In this document: positions 51,001-63,000 of the stretch, in pieces
Layout: each line of letters starts with the position of its first letter
Numbering within the stretch: the stretch's first letter is position 1
From: Candidatus Omnitrophota bacterium
GTDB lineage: Bacteria > Omnitrophota > Gorgyraeia > JAHJTE01
DNA: 64,000 nucleotides
Assembly (NCBI GenBank): GCA_040753675.1
Contig: JBFMEB010000008.1
Span: forward strand, 6,736-70,735
Reading direction: 5' to 3'
Position numbers and translations under genes: made by a program
The notes under the pieces: generated by a model
Databases searched by the model: none
Told to the model about the DNA's origin: nothing
The model's input: only the letters and a program-made list of their open reading frames with translations

Positions 51001-54000
51001 CGACAGAGAGTTTCTGATATATTTCTTGAGGCTTGTAGCTGGTATGACAATAAGGTCTGATAGCTATTCCTTGGCAATGATGTCTAGAATATTGTCTTTA
51101 GCGCTTTTAAACAAACATTTTAGCTTAGATGTCGTCTCTGAAATTAGCCGCCTCGCCAGACAAAGTTCTACTTCGCCTACCTTTAAGAGAAAAGCCAAAG
51201 ACCGCCTCGTGCCTTTAAGAGAGAAAAAACTATCAGATTTAGACACTGATTTTATTATTTCTTTGCCAAAACATAAGTTTGTCCGTGAGTTATTATCCTC
51301 AAAACTAAAGGGTAAGGATGGAAGAGATATTGAATCAATGGAGTTAAAAGTTGGTAGTTACCCTGATGGAGAAATATTCATAGTAGTTCCCGAGCCAGCG
51401 CGGATTAAGAACAAAAAGGTTTTATTTATCCAGAGAATAGGTAGTAATCAAGACCTTGTTGAGGCAATCTTCATTACTCGCAGCCTCCAGAGACAGTTTG
51501 GGGCAGCTAATATTACGACTATATTACAGGAAGAATTTTTGATTGAACAAAAATTATTAGATATATTGGGCCAGATTAGCAATATTTATGTAACCAAGGC
51601 AGAGTTATTCGACATCAAGGGAGAAGTTTGTTTGTTTGATGAAATCAGGCTTGAAGAATTTAGCCGGGTGGTCAGGCCGAATATTCTTAGTTCCTCAGTT
51701 AGTTTGCTAAAGGCTTTAGTAAAAAGGCTTGTTAAATTCTTCAGCAGTATAGCCCATCATCTCTTGAGGCCTTACCTAAGAAGGAAAGCGATTATCAGAA
51801 AGTTACTTGAAAGAATTAAGATTCCGATAAGAAGTATTGATGTCTTATTGTTTACTCCTGCCTATTTAGGATTAAAGAAAAGAGTTGCTACCTCTGAAAA
51901 ACTGCAGCGAGTTCAGACATGCGGTGTTAATGTTAGGACTTTAGATGAGGCTATTAAGGCCTATGTCAACATAAGCAGCCGCCAAGAGCTAAGAGGTAAG
52001 CGATGTCTTTTAATGCATTCGACTAAGACATTAAACGGTCTAGTCGAGTTATTATTAATCTTATCTGCTTTAGAAGAGGAAAAAGTAAAAAGCGTACAAT
52101 GTTTAATTCCTGGATTTGGTTATGCCAGGGGAGACAAAAACTTCCCACTTGACTCTGAGGAACAGATAGAATTTGGATTAGGACGAGAGGCGCGTAAAAT
52201 TGCAAGCGCTCCAGTTATATTAGAAATTATTGATTCATTTGCGAGCAGGATATTTACCTTCAATATCCATTTCTTAGACAGTGAAGGCGCCCACTTTTTT
52301 AAGGCAATCCCGGGTTTAATAATTCATAATTTGAATGCCTTTAAGAATATTGCTCAATACTTTATGGATAAATATAGATTAGACCCCAAAAATACTGTTT
52401 TAGTTTCCGGGGACAAGAAGGCATTCGGATATGTTCTGCCTGCTGCCAGGACCCTGGGCATATCCGCCGGTTTCATTAGAAAGACGCGCATCTCCTCTGA
52501 TGATGTCAGCGTAGAGGAATATGTTTTTGATGAAAGCGGACAAGTTTTAGACATAAAGGACAAGGATATCATATTCGTCGATGATATTATTTCTACAGGG
52601 GGGACTTTTGTAAGAGGCATACAGGATGTTTTAAAGAAGTTAGGCGCGAGCCGTATATTTGCCGGATGTATTGACGGCATATTCTCTGATAAGCATAAAT
52701 TAGCACTTATTTTAGCCGAGACAGTGGAGCTTGTTTCAACTGATACGATTATATCTGAATATTCCAAAGTTTCTGTAGCAGATATTATCGTTGATTTTCT
52801 TACCAGAGAACAGGATATACACCTAAAACCAAGGCCAGCGACCAGGAAGCCTTACACTACTAAATTTACAAATGTGGCTGGCTTTGTATTAATTCTTTTA
52901 TTTATATGGTGGCAGGTTTTAGGAGGCAGATTTGGTATCGCTGATTTTTGCGCGGTGGCTGCTGTTACGGCTTTAGATATCTCTGGAGACGATATTTTTA
53001 TAAGAACACAATTAGAAAGATTACGCAGGGAACTTGATTTGTGCAAAGAAAAAAGATTTAGGCATAATTTGTTAGCTGCCTTTGATTTAAAAGAAAGCTT
53101 ATCTAAAGCGCAAATTAAGGATTCTTCTTTGAGAAATGCAGTGCAATTAGAAATCAGGAGATTTGATCGTTACCTTGCTTTAGCGACATTAGACGCCGCT
53201 GTTCATGTTGATACTGTGCTACCCGCAGCTACGCAAACAGAAATATTGAGTTTATTCTTAGCTTATTTTGATAGGCAAGAAGTAGAATTTTATGCTGTGC
53301 CGTTTTCTTTTGAAAATCCGATTATCGGGGCACATATGTCGCATCATAAGGGCATTAGACTTTTTGAAATTGCTCTTGTTAGGTATGTATGTTTTCCAAG
53401 GATGAGCGTGCCTGTCGGTGCTAAACCCGGTGAAATTGTGCAGTTAAAAGGATCAGACTTACTTAAAACAGTGCCAGGCTCTGAGAGTATGCTCAAAGGC
53501 TCATTAGGAGGAGAAGTTTTTTCTATCGGCTCTAAATATGATTTACTTCGTTTTGATCCGCCCCAAAGAGAAGCTTTTTTAAACCGCAATCGTAGGTTGA
53601 GTGATGCCTCTGATAGAGAATTCAATTTATTAGTAATTGAGCAGATTGTCAATTTTGTGGATTTCTTGCTTGGTCCAGGACGCGAAGAAGGTGTGCATCC
53701 GGATAAACTATTTATTGTTCGCGGAGATATTAAGTCGATTTTTAGAGACAACGGTATAAACTTACCTCCCCAATATGATAATAATGAACTAACTGTCGGA
53801 GAATTCTCTGAGGCTGTTTATAGAAGTGGTTTGTTTAATAGGCAAGATGATGGGATGCTTCATTTTAACTCTTTCTACGTAGCAGGGTTAGGATTCAGTT
53901 CTATGTTTGGTTTGCCGATCGGTATAAAAGGATCCGGGGTATTACTTATAGCAGCAATTACATTTTTATGCTTAATCTTCCTTTTCAGACAGCAAATATT

Positions 54001-57000
54001 AAATTCGAAACTTGTTAGGTGCGCTCCCACCTGGCTTAGAAAAATTTTACAAAATGTTTCTGCTGGAAACCAAGTCTGTCCGGCCTTTATAGGTTCAGAG
54101 AATAATTCTTTTGTATTAGCGAATACAACAACACTTCACGCCGGAGCCAATACAATCTCTGCTGCGCCTTCTTTGGCATATCGAGATAATACAATATTTT
54201 ATGAGCAATTGGCCCGGCTCCTTAATGATAGAAGATTTATTTTGTTAAATCTTTGGATAAATGCTCATAGCGATCGTTCGCATCCGGTTATAGAGCCGAT
54301 TATAGAAAGAGAGATTGGTAGAATTACCAGAATTTCAGAGGATTGGGCTATTGGTAACTTCAAAGTAAGATTTGATTATATCTTCAGGACCAGCAGTAAT
54401 TATATAGTCTACAAGACCGCTGATAATACAGGGTTTGCAATACGCATCGTTGATAGAGATTTTAAGGATGATATAAATCCTCTCGTCCAGAGGGTTATTA
54501 ACTATGCCGGCAATGTTTTAAAAATTCAAGCTATTTGCCTTGATGATATATATGATAAATGGTTCCGGGACCACGGCTTTAGATTCGCTCCAAATAGAGG
54601 ATACTCGGAAAACGCCTTCTCCAATTCATTAAAGAATGGCACTCCTGTGTTTGTTAATGGTAGAGAATTTGTTGTTGAGAAAGTATTGGGTTATGGTTAT
54701 GAAGCCAAAGTTTTCAGAGTGCGGGCGCAAGATAATGGGGAAACTTTCGCGCTTAAAGTGGGTAGGATAAATTTAAAGGCAGAATATGATTATTGGGCTT
54801 CAGCTTATAGAGAATTTGAAAAAGACCCTGAAAATGTCTGCCGGTTTTTTGTTAAATATTATTCTTACGACCCTCGTTTAAATGCAATTCTGATGGAATA
54901 CGCAGAGGGAATTAATCTGCAAGAACTTATTTTGGGCTCGACAATAGAATTTAGAACTTCATCAAGCAGGGTTGTTAATGCTGTGATTGAAGCAATAGGC
55001 GCACTGGCATATATAAGAAGGAAATTTGGTATTTATCACGGCGATTTAATGTCTAGGCATATCATTGTAAGCGATAACGGCTTTAAGCTTGTTGACCCTA
55101 AATTGCCGGATGGCGTTACAAAAAATAGCCTGAAAGATATATTAAACATAGGTAATCTATTATATTTCATTATTACAGCTGATAAGAATATTCATCATCC
55201 AAATTATTTCCGACTTCGGAAACAAATCAGAGAGGGGAGATTGCCTGATGGTTCAGCCAATGAGCAATCTTGCTGGAGCGAATATTCTAAAAACCCCGCC
55301 CAAGCAGGACTTATTGCAGTAGCAAGAAAATGCTTGTTCGAAGAAAAACTATCTTACACATATGATACAGAAGTTTATGATGATTTAAAGAAATTGAAAA
55401 GAGCCGAGTCAGTTGATTTGATAAATATAAGCCAGCTTTCTCTTCAGGAGAGGGTTGTTACTATAAAACTTAGAAGAAAGCAGCCCGGCAGGCAAGATTA
55501 CTTCGTTGATAAACTTATCTTGGAAAGAATACGGGAAGATTTAATCTTAGGAGGTGTTGCTTCTAATCCCTGGTTAAGCGTTGAACTGGTAGATTCAAAC
55601 CTCTTGTCTAATATTGGAGAAGGAGCAGACATAGAAATAGTCCTCTCAATAAATGCTAATGATATTTTCAGCCAGAAAGCAACAAAACAGATATATGAAA
55701 CAATAGCTAAGCATTTAGAAGATATTGAGGGTTGGGAATTAATTTCAATATCAGAAGACGTCGTTTCATTAGCCCATAGATTGAATTTTCTAAATGATGG
55801 CAGCGGATTTTATTTTATGGGTAGAAATGGCAGCGCAGTTTTTTATCCTTATAATTCGCTTCCTGAAATTAGTAATCCGTTGCAAAATTTAAGCGATGTT
55901 AGAAATATCCTGATTATATGTAATGGCTATTTTGCCGCGGGCGATCAGCTTAATAATAGTCTGATTTTAAAAGGACTTCGTCAGCGTTATCCAGATGCTA
56001 AAATAGAAGTATATTCCAATTATCATAGCATTTGGGCTCAGGCAGCTGTGCCTATTCAATCTCTAAGCTTAAAAGAAAACTACGACCTCGTTATAAATCT
56101 TAATAGCCGTAGGTCTCTTAAATATATGAGCTTACAAGTGTCGGCAAGATACAGAGTAATCAGAACCAGGTCAAAACCGGGTCAGGGTGCATTAGAATAT
56201 ATTTTCATAAGAACTTCTGACAGCCAGTCAGAAATATTTAGACTGGCTATGCCCAAAGAGTTGCCCGCAGGCCGCCAAGATACAAATAGAATTGCTATTA
56301 GTGCTTTGGGCCTAAGTGTTCCTCGTAATCCAATTCAAGTCGTTAGCCCAGAAGACAGAGTGCAAGCAATTAATTTGCTTAAGAGCTTAAGGAGGGATAT
56401 CGGTAGTGATTTAATTATGGTTAGTCCCTTTACCAGCACAGCAATTAAAAATTGGCCGCTAAGTAATTGGGCGCAAATAATAAATTCTATTTTGCTTGAA
56501 TTTCCTAACGTTCATATCTTATTTAACTGTGTTGGTATTAAGAATAATTTCCCGGAATTTTTACAAGGCATTGCCCAAAAACACAGAGTATCGCTGTTAG
56601 AGCAATATCGCCTGGGAGTAATCGAGGAAATTATGAGACAATGTTGTCTCCATATCGGCGGGGATTCATTCCCTGCACATCTTGCATCAGCTTTAGGCAT
56701 AACTACTCTCACTCTTTATGGCCCGACTTCACCCTATGTTGATGCGCCGAGCGCTAACAACGCATTCTGGATAAGCTCGAAAAATCTTGCCGGCCATAAC
56801 TGTTGTAATTTTATGAAATTGCCCTTTGAAGGACATTCTTGTTCTACCAAAAGCTGTATAAGTTATATAAGCGCAAGTGAAGTTTTCACGGCAGTTAAAG
56901 CAATATTAAATGAGAGGCGTCAGATATTTAAAGAAGAAGGAAAGGCAGACTCTTTAATTACTGCTTTTATTGAGGCATCGGATGCCTTTATAATGACGCC

Positions 57001-60000
57001 ACAGGCAGATATAGAGGTAGCCTGGCAAAAATTAAAACAAGCATCTACTAACCTAATAAATATTATGAAGGCCGAATATGTAAATTTTGTTTTCGGCTTT
57101 TTTGATGAATTTGTAGCTGTTATAGAATCTATCCTTCAAGCAGGCAATGCTGACCAGGCTAAATTTCTATGGCGATCTTTTAATGCCCCGCGCTTTTTCT
57201 CAAATTACCCTAACAAAGAAACCCTCCTTAAATCAAATCGTAGTAACTCGTTACTATTATTAAATAAATTGCGACACAATACTTCTGATATAGTTGCTCA
57301 AAGGCAGGCAGCATCGTCATTATTAGAGTCAGCCCACCCAGCAAGAGAAGAGCTGAAAAGACTTTTTAGCCATCCGCGCTTTAGAGAAATTTTTAGCCGC
57401 CATATCAGTTATTTAATCTATCTAGAACGAGCTTACGAACAGGTAGTAACAGAATACATTTCAGAGAGAATTTCAGCTATGTTTGGTGAGGCAGTTATTT
57501 TAACGGATTCGCCTTTAGTTAGAATTAGATTTTCACAAGTAAGGAGCTTAGATTCCTGTATTTTTGATCCTTTAGTTGAAGATTTATTAAGCCCATCTGA
57601 AATTCGATGGATTACTGAAGAGGTTAGAAAATCTATTAAAGGACGCTTCGGCGATGCAGCTGGCCAATATTTCTTGGAAAATAACCAGGAAGATGCTCAG
57701 CTTGAGAGATTAGCTAGAGGGGCAAGTATCTACGAAGCGCTTTTTGAAGAATTTAAAGATTTAGAGAGGTTAATTGATGCCTTGTTGGAAAGGAGGGAAT
57801 TTACTGCCTCCTACATTGCGCGTCTTAAGTTGGTGGCAGAACTAAATGCCGATATTGCCGCAAGGGTTGTTCCTCTAAATGAAAGCAGATTACTCGAAGG
57901 CAGGCGAATAGCTAAAGTGCAAGAAGGTTTGCATGCCAGTTTAGATTTAGATTATCTAATTAATAGGGCAGTAGGAGAAGTCTTAAGACGCACATTGTCT
58001 GATGTAGAAGAGCAAGACATTGAAAGAGTATTATTAGAGACAGGCGGACCTTGTTTGGTTATTTTTAGGACAAGAGAATTCTTTTTAGATCCTAATGTGG
58101 CTAGTTCAAGAGCCTGGGGTTCGTTTATCCTTAGGGATAGCGAAGCTGGCAGGAGCGTTATTATTGATGAAGATAGAATCTTAGCGAGGATTTACCTTGA
58201 TGAGCCAGAATTAAGGAATGCTCTTGGGACCGCACAAGATAGAACAAAACAAGGACTTATCGAAGCAGTTTCTCAAGCATTCGCAGATAAAGTAGAGCGC
58301 GGCGTAATCGGGGACGACAAAGCGAGGTTCAGATTATTGACAGAAAACTTGGGAGATATCGATAGAGATCGAGTAAGTTTCTGTGGGACTTTTAAGGCAA
58401 TTATATTTGATTTAGGTGGAGTGATAAGACGCGTTGATTATTTTAAAGCCGCCCGCGGCTTTGCGCCATATAGCAGCCTGAACGAAGATGAGTTGATAGC
58501 TAAGCTTATAATTCTTGATACAAGAGAGTCTGCAGATAAGGGTGAGATATCATTGGCTGAATTTATAAGTGATGCTAAAGGTGAGTTACAATTAACCAAT
58601 ATCAGCGACCAAGAGTTTGTAAGAATTTATAACGATGTGTTTACTATCAATGAGGATATTGCAAACCTAATTGAAACTCTAAAGACATTAGGGTATAAAG
58701 TGGCAATCATTTCCAATAGCAGCCAAATCAGGCACCAACATATGCTTGATACAATACCCGTACTTTCAAAGATAGACGGATTGTTTTTATCTTATGAACT
58801 CAAAATGAGAAAGCCAGATACAGCTATTTATAGATATGCGTTAGAGCAGTTAGGAGTAAAACCCGAGGAAGCAGTTTTCTTCGATGATACAAAAGAAAAT
58901 GCCGATGTTGCTTCAAGCATAGGAATTTTTGGCTGCTGGGTTGACTATAAGCCCAGCGTGTATGTTAATGCCGCTTTGGAAGAATTAGGAATAATTAATC
59001 AGGATAAAAATTCAACCTTTAGGGAACTTTTAGGTAAAAATTGTGCAGTAAGAACAGTTTCTCAGATACTGGGAGAATCCGTAGAAGAAGTTGCGGATAA
59101 GACTATTAGAGGCGCAGTCAAAACAGGCCGGCCGTTAAATATATATGATTTTAGAGGCAACAAGGTTTCCCTGGCAAAAATTTTAAATGCCATATTTGGC
59201 GCATACCAAAATAAGCTCGTAGATATTAAAATTAAAAGATCCAATATCGTCCTACTTCCTTCTATCTTAAAAATTCTGCCTCCCTTTGCGCTGACTGCCG
59301 CAGTTTACTTTATGGCTGTTGTAGTTACTTCGCTTGGAGCCTTTAGTCTGGTTATCGCACTCTTTGGCATAATTGTCTCTCTTTGTTACGCGGCTTTTAT
59401 TATTGCTACGCTTGGTGAAATTGACCGGGTGGAGATTTTATTCCATGCAGCCCAATTAGGACGCTACAAGTCAATGGTAATTAAGAAATTGGACGATTCA
59501 TTGGAGTGGCATGCAGAAATTGGGCGCGAATGTTCATTTGTATGGAATCCTTCAACTCTTCTGTCTCGTTTAGTGATAGCGAAAAAAATCCCTGCGGAAA
59601 CTCTCGTTGGCGCGGAAGCTACGGAAGTGGAAACTGAACGTAGAGAAACCAGGTTAGCCGGCTTAAATAGTAATATGCAGCGTCAGGCGACAACAATCAG
59701 TTGGGGTATCCGGGCAAGGCGTAATAGTAATCTGGAAACATATCTGGAAGGATTTGATAATCATAGCGATGACATTGAGAATGCCAAAAGAGTTATGCTC
59801 AGCGCTGGGAGTGAAAGAAAACTATTAGTAGAATTAGGGAGCGGAAATACAGCTGTTGGCTTAGCAATAGCGCAAAGAAATAGCGGTATAGACGTCTTAA
59901 CTACAGATAAGTATTCGCTTGGCTTGCTTGAGTCCCCTGCCTATCTTGTATACGCGCAAGCTTGGAGCAGGAGAAGCTTAGCTGCGCAGTTGTCTACTTT

Positions 60001-63000
60001 AGCTAATTTAGCCACAGCGCGTGCAGAGGTGGATATTCTTTTACGTTTAGCTGATAAATCTATAGATTACTTATTAATAGTGAACCCAGAAACAGAGATT
60101 CTCTATGCACTAATCGTCTTATTTAATGAATTTGGTTTAGCAAATAAGTTTAAAGCTAATGCCAGGATAATTATTAGAGCAGACGTTGCGGAGGCAGAAT
60201 TTCTAAAATCACAGATTAATAAAGTTAAATTTGAAAGGTTGGGCCAAGAGCAAGTCTTAGGAGTTAATTTGAAATTAACTTCAGATTGGGCTGATTTTGA
60301 TGGCGATGTTTATATTGGAGCAATATGCCAAGAAAAATATTTCCTTTCTACATCAGAGCGTTATGGAAGCAGATTTCACGTTAGATCGAGGGCACTTGGG
60401 CAGACGATGAACAATACATTAAGAAGAATTGTAGGGCCTGATAATACAGCTCGTTTAATGAAAGCAGCGAGGGCGATGTTGCGGGACGGTATGGATGGGG
60501 CTGGAATTTATACATCATTAGCTGCGCCTCGCACAGGCTTTAGGCGCCTTCTTTCCGATGCAGCGTTGCAAGAAGCAGTCTCTACGGTTTATCGAGAAAT
60601 GCCTTTCTTATTTACTGGAATAACCTACGCGAGAACAGAAAAACATGACCCGGTCACAGAAGAGACAATCCCAGCTTTGCCGGTAATGAGGCTTGCAGTG
60701 GGTGAGCTGGAAAGAGGCGGAGTGCGCCATGGCGCTGAAATAATCATAGCAGACGTGAAAGATGATTATCTTGCGGCCTCTATGAAATGGCTTGAAAATA
60801 TTTTTGGTATTCCCATAGATGAAGCATCATATGAGGAATTTTTGCGATTAAACCTCTTGCACGCGATTGGCAGGAGCGTTTGGAGTCTCTTGCCTGGCTT
60901 TCTGCAGTCAGACTGGGGGAAGTCAGTTAATCCATCAGGTACAATCTGGCAGGCGCGAGCCAGGATATTCGAGGTCCAAGAAGATAGAAAAATGGAAGTA
61001 GATACACCAAATTTAATGATATTGTTTGCAGAAAAGTTTGCACTCTTTTTTAATCCAGGAAGAACCGTTCTAAAAGATACCCTAACTCCTGCCGAAGAGA
61101 GCTATTTCAAAGCAGTAGTCGCATACCTGCAAAGAAGACATAAATGGACAAGCGATTGTTTTGTGATTACTTATAAAGATTTCTTTGGACAGATTCCTCC
61201 GCCGGGGGAAGAAAGAAGTAAATTTCTCTGGAATACTATCAGAGAAGCGCTTTTAAATAATTCGACATTTGAATGGAAAGTTGGGGGACTAAAAGTTAAA
61301 GCACGCCTCGAAGTGATTACCTATGATGGAAAATTTTATGTTTATGTCAATCCGGTTATGGAATCCGAGCCAGACTCGCCGCATCTTCCTGTATATAAGA
61401 TTTTAAGTTCTAAAAAGTTAAGGGCAACAGAATCACTGATGCCTCCAAGCGCTTCATATGGGCTTATCCGTATAGAATTTTTTATAGATGAAGAAGGGTT
61501 AGCTATTTTCTTTAGAGAAATTCAGCCGAGCCGAGCAATGAGACGGGTCACAGCGGGGAGTGTTGGTGATGAGTTAGCCCAAATCCATCAAGCTTGGCCT
61601 AAAGAGTCAATAGACCATATCAGAGTTTTAATTGCAGCAAAATTCGGATTATTGAATTTCTATGGTAGATATCCAACCCCAGAGTTTATAGAGAGAATAG
61701 AAGCAAAAGGGAGCAGAAAACAGGCAAAGCCATTTTATACGGTTCCTTTTGAGGGTTGGGATATCTTGACATCCGCGGGACTTCAGGTGGTTACTAACGG
61801 AGATCGACCTACCAGCTTACAGCCATTTACTGATAAAACATGGTATTCTCGTGTGAGTGAAAAAGTTTTAGCCGCTATTTTATCTGTTACTATTGTTGCT
61901 ATTCTTTTTATCTTTAGCCCTCTATTAGCTAATTATTTGGGTTTGGATTTGAACCTTCAAGCCGGAACAGTTAAGTTAGCAGGGATTGGGTTTGAAAACA
62001 TATCCGGGATCTTGGGTTCTTTGGGCATTTTGGGAGGGGTTTATTATTTAAACAGCATCCTAAGGCAGCGCTCAGCGTTAACAACTTTAAAAGGAAGGTT
62101 TTCTTTGCGGGAAAGGAAGTGTCTATTTTCAGTTACCAGGGCGTCTGCGCCTACCCAATCTGTATATGCAGCAATAAATGCATCTGACGATTTAAGGCCT
62201 AGGTATTCATATTTGACACCAAGTTCAAAGGGCACAGATATATCTTCATCTACGTTTGTTAAGTCACAAATAAATGCATTAAATTCTCGGAAGGCCTCCG
62301 GAGATAAATTGCGTTTAACTTCTTCAAATACTGTCCGCGGTATACGTAGGTTATGTGTTTGGGGTCTCGTAAGTAGTTTATCAAAAAGTGCCCTTGTAGC
62401 TGATTTTTCAACATGGCCAAAGGCAAATATATATTCATTAGAGTCAATGACGATAAGCAAGTTTTTCCCTCCACAGTCTCTCTCTGGTTTTGCGAAGAGT
62501 TTTTATTACCTCCTCTTTAGACATCTTGAAAATTGGCGGAGGATTTTTAGCAATAATTTCTCTGAGTCTCGCAAGCCTCTTTTTGGCTTCTTTGATATTT
62601 TTTCTCATATTTATTCACCTCTAATTGTTACCATACCATATTTATTTAATAATGTCAATATTGCCTCAGAAGCAATCGTCAACTTCGGTGCTATCTTGAG
62701 TAAGATTTTAGTTCCGGTTCACAGCCAGATTATTGGAGCGAGTTTTGGTTTTGGGAATATATCTGGGATTTTTGGTTCTTTCGGAGGCTGGCTAGCGCTA
62801 ATATCATCAACAATTCTCTGCCAAGTGGTGGGGAGCAGAGAACCCGAAGAGAGACAAAGTCTCTATGTAAAACGCGTGGGAGATTTGGCAATCTCTCAGA
62901 TTAGCGTGGATGGTTTTGAAACCTTGACTCCAAAACAAAGGATTCTTGCTTATCACTTGAGTCAAGCTTGCCAGGCGGTATGGGATATTTATTTCTATCA

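Noticed and set aside
54020-54190. Possible second nested antisense gene in a low-complexity linker
   Set aside because: The minus-strand phase I read contains a TGA and no motif, and the track lists no ORF here.
62259-62474. 71-aa minus-strand ORF overlapping the PIN gene
   Set aside because: It is an alternative frame over the PIN gene with no motif. The 54-aa ORF at 62444..62608 has the RBS, promoter and position expected of the partner gene.
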